Shown here one piece after another: positions 26,424-26,649 of a stretch of 26,649 nt of DNA (the stretch's first letter is position 1; every line of letters starts with the position of its first letter). Made by a program: the position numbers and the translations under genes. This DNA comes from Candidatus Heimdallarchaeota archaeon (GTDB lineage: Archaea > Asgardarchaeota > Heimdallarchaeia > Heimdallarchaeales > Kariarchaeaceae). The notes beneath the pieces were generated by a model. The model had not been told where the DNA came from and made no database searches. It saw nothing but the letters and a program-made list of their open reading frames with translations. Where the stretch lies: contig WAKA01000099.1 in assembly GCA_015523565.1 (NCBI GenBank), positions 1 through 26,649 on the forward strand. Reading direction: 5' to 3'.

Positions 26424-26649
26424 CCAACAAATTTCCTTTTATTTAGATAAGTGAAATAATCTTTTTACAATTTTATTCTTTCACAATAGATGCTATTTAT
26501 AGTTTTATGAAAGCAATAAGCCCTTTATCTCAATTTCTTTGGTCTCATATTCTGAGTTAATTTTCATATCAATATCATAGTACTGCCGATTATATGTATT
26601 CCATCTTTTTTCTAATAAACTCTATGAATTTCACCATTAACTATAGAAG

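Noticed and set aside
1-26649. CRISPR array, tRNA/rRNA genes, IS elements or provirus
   Set aside because: All intergenic gaps are at most ~230 bp, with no repeat-spacer pattern or cloverleaf, and no transposase, integrase or capsid ORF was seen.

Overview
AT-rich, gene-dense archaeal window, most likely from an Asgard archaeon. This is inferred from an archaeal/eukaryotic-type LeuRS together with a RING-finger protein, a probable longin/uDENN-like domain, typical-class LRRs and a C-terminally anchored Fn3-like surface protein. From left to right: a translationally coupled operon of two Cys-less thiolase-like genes and two DUF35 genes (Ltp3/Ltp4-type); an LRR protein divergent from an Fn3-like surface protein, an orphan and an alpha/beta hydrolase; a MacB/FtsX-type ABC transporter; a heterodimeric ABC exporter; a CorB/CNNM-type transporter; an amidase; a 7TM protein with a longin/uDENN-like tail directly upstream of leuS; an MBL-fold hydrolase; a nucleoside deaminase-type amidohydrolase; a 4TM orphan; a tail-anchored RING protein; and a CPBP intramembrane protease with a large insertion. 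I saw no rRNA, tRNA, CRISPR array or mobile element. The best novelty candidates are the 7TM-longin protein next to leuS, the tail-anchored RING E3-like protein and the non-thiolytic thiolase-DUF35 operon. All family calls come from reading motifs by eye; no searches were run.
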